From an uncultured virus (IMG/VR IMGVR_UViG_3300034272_003223) (Duplodnaviria > Heunggongvirae > Uroviricota > Caudoviricetes), in the IMG/VR virus record IMGVR_UViG_3300034272_003223: a DNA stretch of 62,806 bases; one strand, 5' to 3'. The notes below the pieces were generated by a model that saw only the letters and a list, made by a program, of their open reading frames with translations, did not search any database and was not told where the DNA came from. Position numbers and translations under genes: made by a program. Shown here piece after piece: positions 29,498 to 39,282 of this stretch. How positions within the stretch are numbered: position 1 is the first letter of the stretch; each line of letters starts with the position of its first letter.

Positions 29498-30724
29498 TTA
29501 GTTAAGTGCTTTTCCTATTCGGGTTGCACCAAGTTGATATTCTTCTGGAGTAATACCCATGGCAGCTGCCTGATCTTCAACTGATAGCGATAATAATTTA
29601 TCTTGATTTTGGCTAGTCCAATTTGCAACGATTGCTGCAATTTGTTCAGGTGTTTTTGAGTTATCTGACTCATTTACATCAGAGTTTTCCATTTCCATTA
29701 ACCCGTTTCTATAACAACCGATTGCTTCTGCAACGTATTCATTGTATTCGATTGGAGTTTGATCATTATGGATTTCTAATGCTTCGCTACAAAGTTTTTC
29801 ACAAACTTCTTTAATCATTTCGCAAGTTGATTCATAGCAGGCAGATTCGTTATTCCAGCCTTCATTAATTGTCATGCCGTCATCCACCATTTCGTACATA
29901 CACTTTTCCATATAAGCGCAAGCTTCATTAAGATAGCCTTCAAATTGATGTTCTGGATCTGAATCTGCTTCATACATTGAAGCATCTGAATAAGTTGATT
30001 CGCATATAGATTCAATTAGGTGGTGTGCAGCTTCAGATAACATAGACTTACTTCCATCATGGCAAGTATGACCTTCATTATATGATTTAGATGAACCAAA
30101 TTCTTCTGGATTTTCTCCATCGCCTTCTTCATCCCAATATTCAGCTTCACAGTGTTCTCCACAATCAGAGCAAATATCGCCCATCATAACTGAAGCACCG
30201 CAGCAGTTTGAGGTTGCACCATATTCATAAGCATCGCTTGGATCCCATGATTCATTTGCTTTAGCATGTATTTTAGCTGAATCATATACAGTTTTTAGCC
30301 ATGATTCCAATTCTTTGTTATCGCCAGCGTCTAAATTACTGTATTCCTTTTTGAAAGCTCTAACAAAACTCTTAAAGGTTTTAGATTCCTGTGCCAATAA
30401 GTCAATGTCAGACATTGCACTCTCTTTAATTGCAGCAGGTTTTTTCTTTTTAATAGCGTCAGTTTTAAATGCTTTATAATCTTCAAAGTCATTGTCACCG
30501 TCTCCGTCCTTATCGTACTTTGGATTATATTTTTTCTTTTCATTTATGAATTGCGTAAATCTTAGAACTTTATTTTCAGCGATAGCTGGTTCTTGATCAC
30601 AAGTTTCGCAATCTTCTGTAACCTGAGGGTTACGGCCAGTTTCATTATCAAACTGTTCGTCCTCTGAGTAGTAATTTGGCTTCTTTAGGAAAGCAGGTAA
30701 GTCTTTATTAGAAAATTTTCCCAT
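29498..30724 (-). CDS. Acidic, Cys-rich multi-segment protein (possible processed internal head protein)
   Basis: ENKVLRFTQFINEK, DKDGDGDND loop, CCG..CSDCGEHC cluster, many x-N-E sites; GATAAATA at 30746-30753. Confidence 0.6.
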   Translation of the reverse strand: MGKFSNKDLPAFLKKPNYYSEDEQFDNETGRNPQVTEDCETCDQEPAIAENKVLRFTQFINEKKKYNPKYDKDGDGDNDFEDYKAFKTDAIKKKKPAAIKESAMSDIDLLAQESKTFKSFVRAFKKEYSNLDAGDNKELESWLKTVYDSAKIHAKANESWDPSDAYEYGATSNCCGASVMMGDICSDCGEHCEAEYWDEEGDGENPEEFGSSKSYNEGHTCHDGSKSMLSEAAHHLIESICESTYSDASMYEADSDPEHQFEGYLNEACAYMEKCMYEMVDDGMTINEGWNNESACYESTCEMIKEVCEKLCSEALEIHNDQTPIEYNEYVAEAIGCYRNGLMEMENSDVNESDNSKTPEQIAAIVANWTSQNQDKLLSLSVEDQAAAMGITPEEYQLGATRIGKALN

Positions 30725-30748
30725 TTTAACTAGTTATTTCAGGGTTAT

Positions 30749-32740
30749 TTATCTAGATCGGTCCTCTATACTTGACTCTTTTAGTCCATTGCCGTCTTCT
30801 GAGATAGTAATATTGACATGGCCGTTATCTTTTAGCTTAGCATCAATCCAAAGTTCAGCTAGAAGGTCCTCAACGTGATTTTGGACCATTCGTTTAATTG
30901 GACGTGCTCCATATTTCTCATCATAGCCGTGTTCAATAATAAAATCTTTAGCAAGTTGATCTAATTCAAAGGTGTAACCATTTTCTAGTGATCGTGCAAG
31001 CAAATCTTTAAGTTCAATTTCTAAAATTTGACCTATTTCGGCTTTTTCTAGTGAATCAAAGATAATAATATCATCTACTCGATTCAAGAACTCAGGTTGG
31101 AACTTATTTTTAAGGGCTTTATCTAAAATGCTCTTAGCCAGGGCCTTTTCCTTTTCAATATTGTTGGCAGTTGCAAATCCAATACCAACTCCGCGATCCT
31201 GCATGTCTTTTACTCCAACATTTGAAGTCATAATAACAACAGTATTTCTAAAATTGATTTTTCGGCCTCTTCCATCAACTGCATAACCCTCATCTAAGAT
31301 TTGGAGCAAATTATTAAAGATATCTGGATGGGCCTTTTCAATTTCGTCTAATAAAACTACTGAATATGGTTTTCTACGAACTTTTTCAGTTAATTGACCG
31401 CCTTCTTCGTATCCCACATAGCCTGGAGGCGCTCCCATCATTTTAGAAGCTGTAAATTTTTCTCCATATTCATTCATATCAACTCTGATAATATTTTCTT
31501 CAGAATCAAACATTTCTTTTGCTAAGGCTTTAGCCAATTCAGTTTTTCCAACTCCAGTTGGACCTAAAAACATAAAAGTTCCAATTGGTTTTTTACGAGA
31601 AGCAATATTTGCACGACTTCTCTTAATAGCTCTAGATAATTTTTTAATTGCCTCAGCTTGACCAATAACGCGCTTACTTAAATCTGATTCTAACGCTGCA
31701 ATTTTTTCAAGATCGGTTTGCGTTAGCTTTGCTACTGGAATTCCAGTTATTTCGGCAACTACCTCAGCAATTTTGCGGTCATCTACTTCAAGTCGATTGT
31801 CTTTTAGCGTTTTTTCCCACTCAACTTTAGCTTCATCAATTTTAACTAATTGATCACGCTCAGCATCTCTTAATTTAGCAGCGGCTTCGTATTTTTGAGA
31901 TTCAACTGCGCTTCTTTTATTTTTTGAAATTTCACCAAGCTCTTCTTCAAGCTCTCTAATTTTTTGAGGAACAACTATTCCATCGATATGGACATTAGCT
32001 CCAGCTTCATCTAATAAGTCAATTGCTTTATCTGGAAAAAATCTTTCAGTTAAGTATCGATCTGCTAATTTTACACATGAGTCTAATGCAGATGCGCTAT
32101 ACGTAACTGAGTGGTGACTTTCGTAGTATTCTTTAATATTTTCAAGAATTTGACGAGTTTGTTCTGGGGTAGACTGTTCAACTACTACTTGTTGAAAACG
32201 TCTATTAAGTGCACCATCCTTTTCAATAGACTCTCTGTATTCATCAATTGTAGTGGCTCCAATACATTGAATTTCTCCACGAGCCAATGCCGGTTTTAGG
32301 ATATTCGCAGCGTCTAGTGATCCACTAGCTGAACCTGCTCCAACCATAGTATGAATTTCATCAATGAATAGGATAATGTTTGGATTGGCACTTACTTCAT
32401 TAATAATAGCCTCCATTCGCTCTTCAAACTGCCCTCTGTATTTAGTTCCAGCAACAAGGCTACTAATTTCAAGTGCAATAATTTTCTTGTCAAATAGAAC
32501 CCTTGGGCAAGTTTTATCAATAATCATTTTTGCAATGCCTTCAACGATTGCAGTTTTACCAACTCCAGGTTCTCCAATTAAAATAGGATTATTCTTTTTT
32601 CGTCTAGATAAGATTTGGCTACAACGCTTAACTTCAGCAAGGCGGCCAATTACTGGATCCATTCTTCCTTCAAGCGCAAGTTGAGTAAGGTCCTTTCCGA
32701 AATTATCTAGGACTGGTGTTCGTGTGTCTCTTTTTGACAT
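30749..32740 (-). CDS. clpC: ClpC-like AAA+ unfoldase lacking the N-terminal repeat domain
   Basis: Two NBDs (GEPGVGKT/FIDEIH; GPTGVGKT/LLDEIEKAH), UVR-like YEAAAKLRD, IGF loop (GIGFA). Confidence 0.9.
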   Translation of the reverse strand: MSKRDTRTPVLDNFGKDLTQLALEGRMDPVIGRLAEVKRCSQILSRRKKNNPILIGEPGVGKTAIVEGIAKMIIDKTCPRVLFDKKIIALEISSLVAGTKYRGQFEERMEAIINEVSANPNIILFIDEIHTMVGAGSASGSLDAANILKPALARGEIQCIGATTIDEYRESIEKDGALNRRFQQVVVEQSTPEQTRQILENIKEYYESHHSVTYSASALDSCVKLADRYLTERFFPDKAIDLLDEAGANVHIDGIVVPQKIRELEEELGEISKNKRSAVESQKYEAAAKLRDAERDQLVKIDEAKVEWEKTLKDNRLEVDDRKIAEVVAEITGIPVAKLTQTDLEKIAALESDLSKRVIGQAEAIKKLSRAIKRSRANIASRKKPIGTFMFLGPTGVGKTELAKALAKEMFDSEENIIRVDMNEYGEKFTASKMMGAPPGYVGYEEGGQLTEKVRRKPYSVVLLDEIEKAHPDIFNNLLQILDEGYAVDGRGRKINFRNTVVIMTSNVGVKDMQDRGVGIGFATANNIEKEKALAKSILDKALKNKFQPEFLNRVDDIIIFDSLEKAEIGQILEIELKDLLARSLENGYTFELDQLAKDFIIEHGYDEKYGARPIKRMVQNHVEDLLAELWIDAKLKDNGHVNITISEDGNGLKESSIEDRSR

Positions 32741-32746
32741 AGTATA

Positions 32747-33376
32747 TTATCGTGGATTTTTATTAGTATGTTTAAGCATTTTACCTTCTAAACTTGCAAC
32801 AGCTTGTTCCAAAGTTGTCTTTGAATTATGGAGCATTTTCTTTTCCATTTGTCTGCGACGACTTTCAATCATTCTATCAAATCTATCGAGTAGATAATCA
32901 AATACCGTTTGTGAAATTGCAATTTCATAATAGTATTGATGATTTGATAAAATTATAGTTTGGTACTTAAGAATAATAAAGACATGTGCGTTTGGGGTTT
33001 GTACATATCGTGCGCCGCTTGTTGGTGCAATTAAGAGAGTATTCTTTGGGTCTTTAAGTGAAACATCAAGGGCCTTTATTGCAAGAGCTGCTCTATCATC
33101 AATTGCAACACCAGATCGGGTTGAGTAAAACTTTTTTAGTTTTTGATTAACTAAATATCGTTTAAATTTAAAAGCAAGACGATTAAAGAATCGCTTAATA
33201 AAGCCTGGAGTTTTCACAAGTTTGGGTGGGGTTAGAATAGAATTAAATGCAGCCTCACTAAGAATTTCATACGATTCATAGTTTGGTTTTACGGTATCTT
33301 CCTCGTGTTTTGGCTTAGCCGAAAAACTTTTGGGCGTCCTTTTAAGAACAATATCAAGAGTTGAGGAATTTCGCAT
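32747..33376 (-). CDS. Hypothetical protein
   Basis: 209-aa basic ORF. Confidence 0.55.
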   Translation of the reverse strand: MRNSSTLDIVLKRTPKSFSAKPKHEEDTVKPNYESYEILSEAAFNSILTPPKLVKTPGFIKRFFNRLAFKFKRYLVNQKLKKFYSTRSGVAIDDRAALAIKALDVSLKDPKNTLLIAPTSGARYVQTPNAHVFIILKYQTIILSNHQYYYEIAISQTVFDYLLDRFDRMIESRRRQMEKKMLHNSKTTLEQAVASLEGKMLKHTNKNPR

Positions 33377-33639
33377 TATAGAATAATTTTAGATTCAGGG
33401 CCCTCCTCTGGAACTTCCATTCTTTCAATTAATAAATTAAAAGCCTCATCTAATCCAACTGCAATCAGATCCATCATATCGTCATCGGTTTTTAGTAAAC
33501 CTATTACTTTAGCTTGACCCATTGCTTGCATCATGGCTTGAGCAGTTTCTTTTGCAAATTCTGTTATATCGCCACTAGGCAATTTCTTTAACTTTGATTC
33601 CATATGTTGTTTTATAAATTTTGTGAATTGATTCTGCAA
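33376..33639 (-). CDS. Hypothetical protein (start may be the downstream MESKLK)
   Basis: ORF track; co-oriented with neighbours. Confidence 0.5.
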   Translation of the reverse strand: MQNQFTKFIKQHMESKLKKLPSGDITEFAKETAQAMMQAMGQAKVIGLLKTDDDMMDLIAVGLDEAFNLLIERMEVPEEGPESKIIL

Positions 33640-33749
33640 GTTTTCTATCTAAGATTACTTGAGATAAGAGAATGCCGTGTTCCTTACAATATTCTCTAAC
33701 AAATACTTTAAAGTTGGGTTTCTGTTTCATAATAATATTATACCTAATT

Positions 33750-34388
33750 TTAGTCCCACCAGCCTTTTAGGCCAGTACCATTAAACCAATTATTCCAAAG
33801 ATCCCTATCCTCTCCCATTCCTTCTTTTTTGGCCTTTTTATATAGCCTACTGTATTCTTTATGGTTTTGGCCCTGTAAGATTTCAAATAATTCTTTCCAC
33901 TCCAAGTCTTCGATTTCACGAGCCCTATCGAATACTTTACGATTATGCTTCTTTTCCTCTGGCGTGTCTTTATCAATTAGTCTGGAATATCCAGGTTTAT
34001 CTGGAACCTCTTCGAACTCCCAATCGTGGAGATAAATTGGACCAAGTTCAGCCTCAGCCATATCAATGAAATTGCTTTGATTGTAGTTCTTGATAATTTC
34101 AACAGCTCTACGCATAGCTGCTACCTTTTTCATTCTAGGTCCATCTACTTCCATTCCTTTAACTTCCAAGTTATCAGACATGTGAGTTAAGCCAGTTTCT
34201 AGAAACATTAAGGTGCCATGATGATCCCACCAATAGTGGTTAGCTAAGGCTTTTCTAAATCTCCAAACATTCTTGATAAATCGAGAAATATCATATCGAA
34301 AAAATGCCCAAAATTTATAGACACGACTTTCGTGCCAAATTAGTTTCTTTAAGCTTTTAGAAAAGCTATCTGCAAATTTAATATCCAT
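33750..34388 (-). CDS. Trp-rich hypothetical phage protein
   Basis: 212-aa ORF ending GLKGWWD. Confidence 0.6.
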   Translation of the reverse strand: MDIKFADSFSKSLKKLIWHESRVYKFWAFFRYDISRFIKNVWRFRKALANHYWWDHHGTLMFLETGLTHMSDNLEVKGMEVDGPRMKKVAAMRRAVEIIKNYNQSNFIDMAEAELGPIYLHDWEFEEVPDKPGYSRLIDKDTPEEKKHNRKVFDRAREIEDLEWKELFEILQGQNHKEYSRLYKKAKKEGMGEDRDLWNNWFNGTGLKGWWD

Positions 34389-34419
34389 AATAACAAGTAT
34401 TTAGGATATTATACTTAAT

Positions 34420-35085
34420 TTACTTAACTTTGAACTTAAATCCGGTAATCTTTTCGATTTGGGCTACTGGCACTTCATTATTTTGCATACCATCTGGCTT
34501 GTCTGTAGTATTTGCAAAAAGATATGCATGCCATTCATTTTTAGATTTGATGTAGATAACTTTCCAGCAATGAGTAGGAACTGCTGTTCCTTTACCGATA
34601 GTTTTAGCAACTCCAATATTTCCACACCATACTTTAACTGAATCTGCAATTGCCGCTGTTTGGCGAGTATAGGTTTCCAATGATTTCCAGTCTCCAGCAT
34701 TTAGGGAATGGTATTGAGCTGACATATTTGAAAAATAGAAACACTCATCTTGTACCGCTTGAGTTTGGCAAAGATTGTCTGCTGCTGGCATCATATGTCC
34801 ACGGTCAGTTCCTGATCCAACATAGTCTGCTGCAATATTAGTTTCAATTGGAAGTAGTGGATCTGGCTTAAATGCGTCCTTTCTTTTAAGTGGAGTTGGA
34901 CAAGTTACCATTGCTTTGGTTGTCCACCATTCAACAAGAACAGGGTACTTCAGAGATTTTGAAAAAACTGCTGTGTAGTTTGTATGCTTTAGTCTAACTG
35001 TATCAGTAGTAGCAAATTTGGTTTGGATCTGTGCTGATGCTACCACCGGTAACAAAAATAGCAAAATGTAAAATATACGTTTCAT
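34420..35085 (-). CDS. Secreted DNA/RNA non-specific endonuclease (NucA / Serratia type)
   Basis: Signal peptide; DRGHMMPA, FYFSNMSAQ, LNAGDWKSLE, VPTHCWK. Confidence 0.9.
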   Translation of the reverse strand: MKRIFYILLFLLPVVASAQIQTKFATTDTVRLKHTNYTAVFSKSLKYPVLVEWWTTKAMVTCPTPLKRKDAFKPDPLLPIETNIAADYVGSGTDRGHMMPAADNLCQTQAVQDECFYFSNMSAQYHSLNAGDWKSLETYTRQTAAIADSVKVWCGNIGVAKTIGKGTAVPTHCWKVIYIKSKNEWHAYLFANTTDKPDGMQNNEVPVAQIEKITGFKFKVK

Positions 35086-35093
35086 AGGGATAT

Positions 35094-35339
35094 TTATTCC
35101 CCAGTCTTAACTATTTCAATCATTATACCAGCACGACCTGCAGAGATAGTATACGTATTAAAACGGTTATCGTGGATCCATCCATAATCCTTAAATCTAA
35201 ATAAGATACAGTCCTTACCTTCAAACCAAACATGAATTGCATTGGTTGCATAATCTATTGAAGGCTGTGTAATTACACCAGCTTTCCAACTGTTCCTAAA
35301 TTCTGGTTCAAATTCATCTGGCGTAATTAATATGTGCAT
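35094..35339 (-). CDS. Hypothetical protein
   Basis: 81-aa ORF within an operon. Confidence 0.5.
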   Translation of the reverse strand: MHILITPDEFEPEFRNSWKAGVITQPSIDYATNAIHVWFEGKDCILFRFKDYGWIHDNRFNTYTISAGRAGIMIEIVKTGE

Positions 35340-35463
35340 TAAATAAGGAGGGTGTTTTCAAGATTATTTACCTTGATTGAAATATGAAATTATAATAGCT
35401 GCACCAATACCAATTACGGCAAGGCCCAGTCCAATTAAATGTATTGTGGTTTCTAGCATAATT

Positions 35464-35700
35464 CTAATATATTTTTAAGCCAGGATATTCAACTATCCTT
35501 GCAAATCTTTTATCAATTTTAAATCTTTTCTCAAGTACTTCAGTCAAGGCCTCTTCTTTAGTTTTACCGCTATACAAATAAGACACCGATCCATATCCCA
35601 TATCAACAACGTATCTAAGTTCCAACCAGCCAAACCAGGTTTTTTGTTGAATTGAAAATTGTCCATCAAATTCAACAAATCTAATTTTAAAAGTTTTCAT
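35464..35700 (-). CDS. Hypothetical protein
   Basis: 78-aa ORF downstream of thyA. Confidence 0.5.
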   Translation of the reverse strand: MKTFKIRFVEFDGQFSIQQKTWFGWLELRYVVDMGYGSVSYLYSGKTKEEALTEVLEKRFKIDKRFARIVEYPGLKIY

Positions 35701-35701
35701 A

Positions 35702-36892
35702 TTAATTACTTAGTGGTGCTTTAATTGAAGGATGTGATTTATAATTCTCTACTTTAAACGTAAAATCAGTATCAAACGTATTAATAATCTCATCTACTTC
35801 TAATAGGTGCCAATTTTTATTTCCAGAATTTATTACTAGCTTAGGTAATACATAAGGCTCTCTCTCGGCTATTCTGGGCACTCCCCATTGATCTATTTCT
35901 GAATGAGATAAGGTACTAGGGTCTCCACCAGTATAGATCTCATTGAACATCTCTTGAGTAACCATTGCTCTACGCTCGTCTAAACTGTATCGATGTCCAA
36001 TCTGTTCTTGCGCTTGCTCTAGGTGATTTAAGTAAAGGTGAGTATCTCCTAAATTTCCAACTAACTGATCAGGTACCATATTAACCATCTTTGCAATAAT
36101 TTCAAGTAATAAACCATACGAAGCAATATTGAAAGGTAAACCTAAAAAAGTATCAACTGAACGCTGATTCCACATTAGGGAAACTGCTCTCTTTGGAGTT
36201 GAGTCTTTAGCAATTTCTTCAACAATATAGAGATTCTCTAATTCAACATCTGTATTTTTTAGAACCCATTGAACTTGTTCTTCCCATGTTAATTCTCTCG
36301 TATACATTTGAAATCCATAATGACAAGGTGGAAGAACCATATTATCAATTTCACCAACATTCCAAGCATTAACCATTAGTCGTCTTGAATCAGGATTTGT
36401 TTTAAGGTCGTTGATTAGGTTTTGGATTTGGTCTATATACTTAATACTTTCAGTATCTTCCCATTCAATCCCCCATCTTCTCCATTGCTTACCATAAATT
36501 GGTCCTAATTCGCCAAATTCTTTTGCAAAAGCATCATCAGTTTTAATGCGCTCAACGAAAGCTGGCATCTCCATTGGAATATAATATTTCGAATGAACTT
36601 TTGATAATTGATTCACATAGTTTTTATATGCATCTCCATTCCAAATATTACAGCCATTTTGAACTAGGAATTGAATATTTGTATCTCCTCTTAGGAACCA
36701 AATTAGCTCAGTGACCATGGTTTTCCAAGCCATTTTCTTAGTAGTTAAGAGAGGAAATCCATCCTTCATATTATGACGAACCGTATAACCAAAAATAGAT
36801 TTGGTTCCAGTTCCAGTTCGATCACCTTTGACAATTCCATGTTCTAAAATTGTTTTAAGCAGATCTTGATATTGAGTGTCTAAGTTATTCAT
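35702..36892 (-). CDS. thyA: Thymidylate synthase with insertions
   Basis: DRTGTGT, FPLLTTKK, ELIWFLRG, LPPCH, QRSVDTFLGLPFNIASY, GDTHLYLNH. Confidence 0.95.
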   Translation of the reverse strand: MNNLDTQYQDLLKTILEHGIVKGDRTGTGTKSIFGYTVRHNMKDGFPLLTTKKMAWKTMVTELIWFLRGDTNIQFLVQNGCNIWNGDAYKNYVNQLSKVHSKYYIPMEMPAFVERIKTDDAFAKEFGELGPIYGKQWRRWGIEWEDTESIKYIDQIQNLINDLKTNPDSRRLMVNAWNVGEIDNMVLPPCHYGFQMYTRELTWEEQVQWVLKNTDVELENLYIVEEIAKDSTPKRAVSLMWNQRSVDTFLGLPFNIASYGLLLEIIAKMVNMVPDQLVGNLGDTHLYLNHLEQAQEQIGHRYSLDERRAMVTQEMFNEIYTGGDPSTLSHSEIDQWGVPRIAEREPYVLPKLVINSGNKNWHLLEVDEIINTFDTDFTFKVENYKSHPSIKAPLSN

Positions 36893-37188
36893 ATATTTGC
36901 ATCATATTTCTTTGCTAATCCAATTGCTCTAATTATGGTGAGAACTGCACCCATTACCATCCATACATAGTGCCTAAAACCCCAATGCCATTCTGGATCA
37001 TGGAATCCATTTCCTGCATAATTACAGCCTGTATAATGATAAGTATTTGGAATTGCTTCGCCGCTACCCTGACACAGCCAATCTCCAAAAAATTCTCTAA
37101 AGTATTCTGGAATAAAGGACACTAGCATTAATAACAGTCCAATCAATACTATGTCAATCATTAATTTTAAATTCTTACTCATTACCAC
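36889..37188 (-). CDS. Two-TM membrane protein
   Basis: Two hydrophobic stretches flanking a Cys-containing loop. Confidence 0.55.
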   Translation of the reverse strand: MVMSKNLKLMIDIVLIGLLLMLVSFIPEYFREFFGDWLCQGSGEAIPNTYHYTGCNYAGNGFHDPEWHWGFRHYVWMVMGAVLTIIRAIGLAKKYDANI

Positions 37189-37369
37189 CTATTTTTTTAA
37201 TATTATAGGCATAGCCCGAATCAGAATTTACTTGAAATCGTCTTCGCATTTCTTCAGCCTCAGTCTCATTTTCAAATTCCATTACTTCACTGTTACCATC
37301 TAACAAGATAACTGGCAAGTGAGATGAACCATCAGAGGTTCTGACCATTTTTACAATTACGTAGCTCAT
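37175..37369 (-). CDS. Hypothetical protein
   Basis: 64-aa ORF within an operon. Confidence 0.5.
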   Translation of the reverse strand: MSYVIVKMVRTSDGSSHLPVILLDGNSEVMEFENETEAEEMRRRFQVNSDSGYAYNIKKIGGNE

Positions 37370-37371
37370 AT

Positions 37372-37728
37372 TTAAAATTTTAAATCAATGTTTATATTGT
37401 TTGAGGTATTACTCCAGAATTCATAAGTATCGCCATCTTTAAATTTATCGCGACCCTTTTCTAATTCTTTGGTAATCTTTTTAGCAAGTTCTTCAGTAAG
37501 CTTGCGTTTTTCAGCTTGGATTTCATTATTAATTTGAGTAATTACCTCATCTTCAAAATTAGCAGAAATTCCATCTTCTGTAACTAATACGGTTTTATCA
37601 GAATTAATTACAAACCACTCAAATCCAGTTGTACAACCTGCTAAAAATAAGAGTCGACTTTGTGGATCTTCTCCATAAAAGTCGACTAGTCTATCAAATA
37701 CTTTATGACCAATATCAATTACATCCAT
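37372..37728 (-). CDS. Hypothetical protein
   Basis: 118-aa ORF. Confidence 0.5.
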   Translation of the reverse strand: MDVIDIGHKVFDRLVDFYGEDPQSRLLFLAGCTTGFEWFVINSDKTVLVTEDGISANFEDEVITQINNEIQAEKRKLTEELAKKITKELEKGRDKFKDGDTYEFWSNTSNNINIDLKF

Positions 37729-38018
37729 TTTGTTTCCGAAGTTTTCTGATTGTATCTTTTTCTAATTAATTTACCCAATTCCATATCGTTTGGAGTTTCA
37801 TTAATTAGATCAGTTTGAATTACTAAGAAATTTCCTTGTATTGAATTCCAAAAAACTCGGCTTGCTTCGTTAAGAGCCTCTTCGTCTTTCATATAGGTAA
37901 TATTACCAGTTTTATCAATTTCAATTAGTCTTTCGCCAGCATCATTAATTGTAAAAAGATATTCTGGTTGAACTAATTTAAGTTCACCAATTGGTTCTAA
38001 ATTTTCGTGATTGTCCAT
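37719..38018 (-). CDS. Hypothetical protein
   Basis: 99-aa ORF ending with TPNDMELGKLIR. Confidence 0.5.
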   Translation of the reverse strand: MDNHENLEPIGELKLVQPEYLFTINDAGERLIEIDKTGNITYMKDEEALNEASRVFWNSIQGNFLVIQTDLINETPNDMELGKLIRKRYNQKTSETKWM

Positions 38019-38069
38019 TATAGTAGGTTTAAGATATTTTACTATAGTTAATTACCAAAGTTTATGCAT

Positions 38070-38097
38070 AAAAAAAGCTGCCCGAAAGCAGCTTATT
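38070..38097 (-). terminator. Intrinsic terminator ending the lysis-like operon
   Basis: AAGCTGC TTTCGG GCAGCTTTTTT on the minus strand. Confidence 0.65.
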
Positions 38098-38130
38098 TAG
38101 AGTTGGAGCTCTAGGTTCCAAAGGAATCCT

Positions 38131-38670
38131 TTATTGTTTTTTCTTCTCAATATCAGAAGAAATTTTCTTTTTAAGTTGTTTAATTGAATTTAAGGCTTTA
38201 CTATTATCAGTTCTTGTCTCAATTATAGTTGGTTCAGGTTCATCTGGTATTATTGAATATGCAACTTGAATAGTATCTTCAGTTGAGCTAGGCGAGCGTC
38301 TTATCATTCGATTGCTAGTTTCTGCTCGTTTCTCAGTTCTAGTAATAGTGGTTTGTCCACGTTCCATTTCAATTTCAATTGAAGTAATAATGCCAAGAAT
38401 TTCCTTTTCTTTTGCAATTAAGTCATTTGTACAGCTACGTTGATTGTCTAATACTTGTTGTGTTAATTCTCCAACTCGTGAATTTAATTCAAAGATTTCA
38501 GTTTTTTGACGATTTACCTTAAGGTTGAGTTCGTCATGATCCATTGTAACACTATCAAATAGGCGTGGGCCAACTGTCATTAGTGTTATAGCAATTAGTA
38601 AAAATACCAGGGCAAAAAGTCTCTGCCCTGGCGTAATTGTAGTTAATATGTCTTTAATGTACTTAATCAT
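38131..38670 (-). CDS. N-terminal TM + coiled-coil protein (i-spanin-like architecture)
   Basis: One TM segment, then heptad repeats; last gene of the lysis-like operon. Confidence 0.4.
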   Translation of the reverse strand: MIKYIKDILTTITPGQRLFALVFLLIAITLMTVGPRLFDSVTMDHDELNLKVNRQKTEIFELNSRVGELTQQVLDNQRSCTNDLIAKEKEILGIITSIEIEMERGQTTITRTEKRAETSNRMIRRSPSSTEDTIQVAYSIIPDEPEPTIIETRTDNSKALNSIKQLKKKISSDIEKKKQ

Positions 38671-39263
38671 TATACAATATCCTTAGACTCAATTAGAGTG
38701 TAAGTAAATGATTTACCGTGAATCCCTGCAGCTTTTCTACAAAGAGCCATAAAATCTTCAAACTCAGCCGCCTTTTTAAATACTTGACATCCTTCTGACC
38801 AGTTTTCTACATAGGTAGAATCTGCTCCAGCTTTATGGATGTTAATACCAAAAATACCTTCTTGAATTTTGTTTTCATCGTATTCTAGATCTTTGTCTGC
38901 ATCACGATATACTTTTACAGGTTTTTGTTGCTTAAGAGCTTCATATTTACCTTGGTGTAAACCTAGTGTATGCGAACCTCTATATTGACCTTCAACAAGT
39001 CTAGCAACTCCTGCTGCATTATGGTATTCCATAACACCCTTTTTACCTGGATCGGTTGTGGCCATCCAGCAATGAGATTTCCATTCGCCTCCTAGTTTAT
39101 AGGATACTGTAATGCAATCATCGAATGCATTTGTAACTTTTTGACCAGTTGCTGAATTTCTAACTCCAACAATATTAAGATCATAGTCCTTTGCACCTTC
39201 AAACCAAACATATCCCTTTGATTTTACTGCATTTTCAATCTGTTCTCTAGTGTAACAACTCAT
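38670..39263 (-). CDS. L,D-transpeptidase (YkuD)-like cysteine peptidase, putative lysin
   Basis: GINIHKAG...NWSEGCQV, i.e. H-x(13)-S-x-G-C catalytic pattern. Confidence 0.55.
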   Translation of the reverse strand: MSCYTREQIENAVKSKGYVWFEGAKDYDLNIVGVRNSATGQKVTNAFDDCITVSYKLGGEWKSHCWMATTDPGKKGVMEYHNAAGVARLVEGQYRGSHTLGLHQGKYEALKQQKPVKVYRDADKDLEYDENKIQEGIFGINIHKAGADSTYVENWSEGCQVFKKAAEFEDFMALCRKAAGIHGKSFTYTLIESKDIV

Positions 39264-39282
39264 AATTTAAAAAATTTTTTAT

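Noticed and set aside
35702..36892. dCMP hydroxymethylase or intron-containing td gene
   Set aside because: PFNIASY keeps the dUMP-specifying Asn, and the reading frame is uninterrupted.
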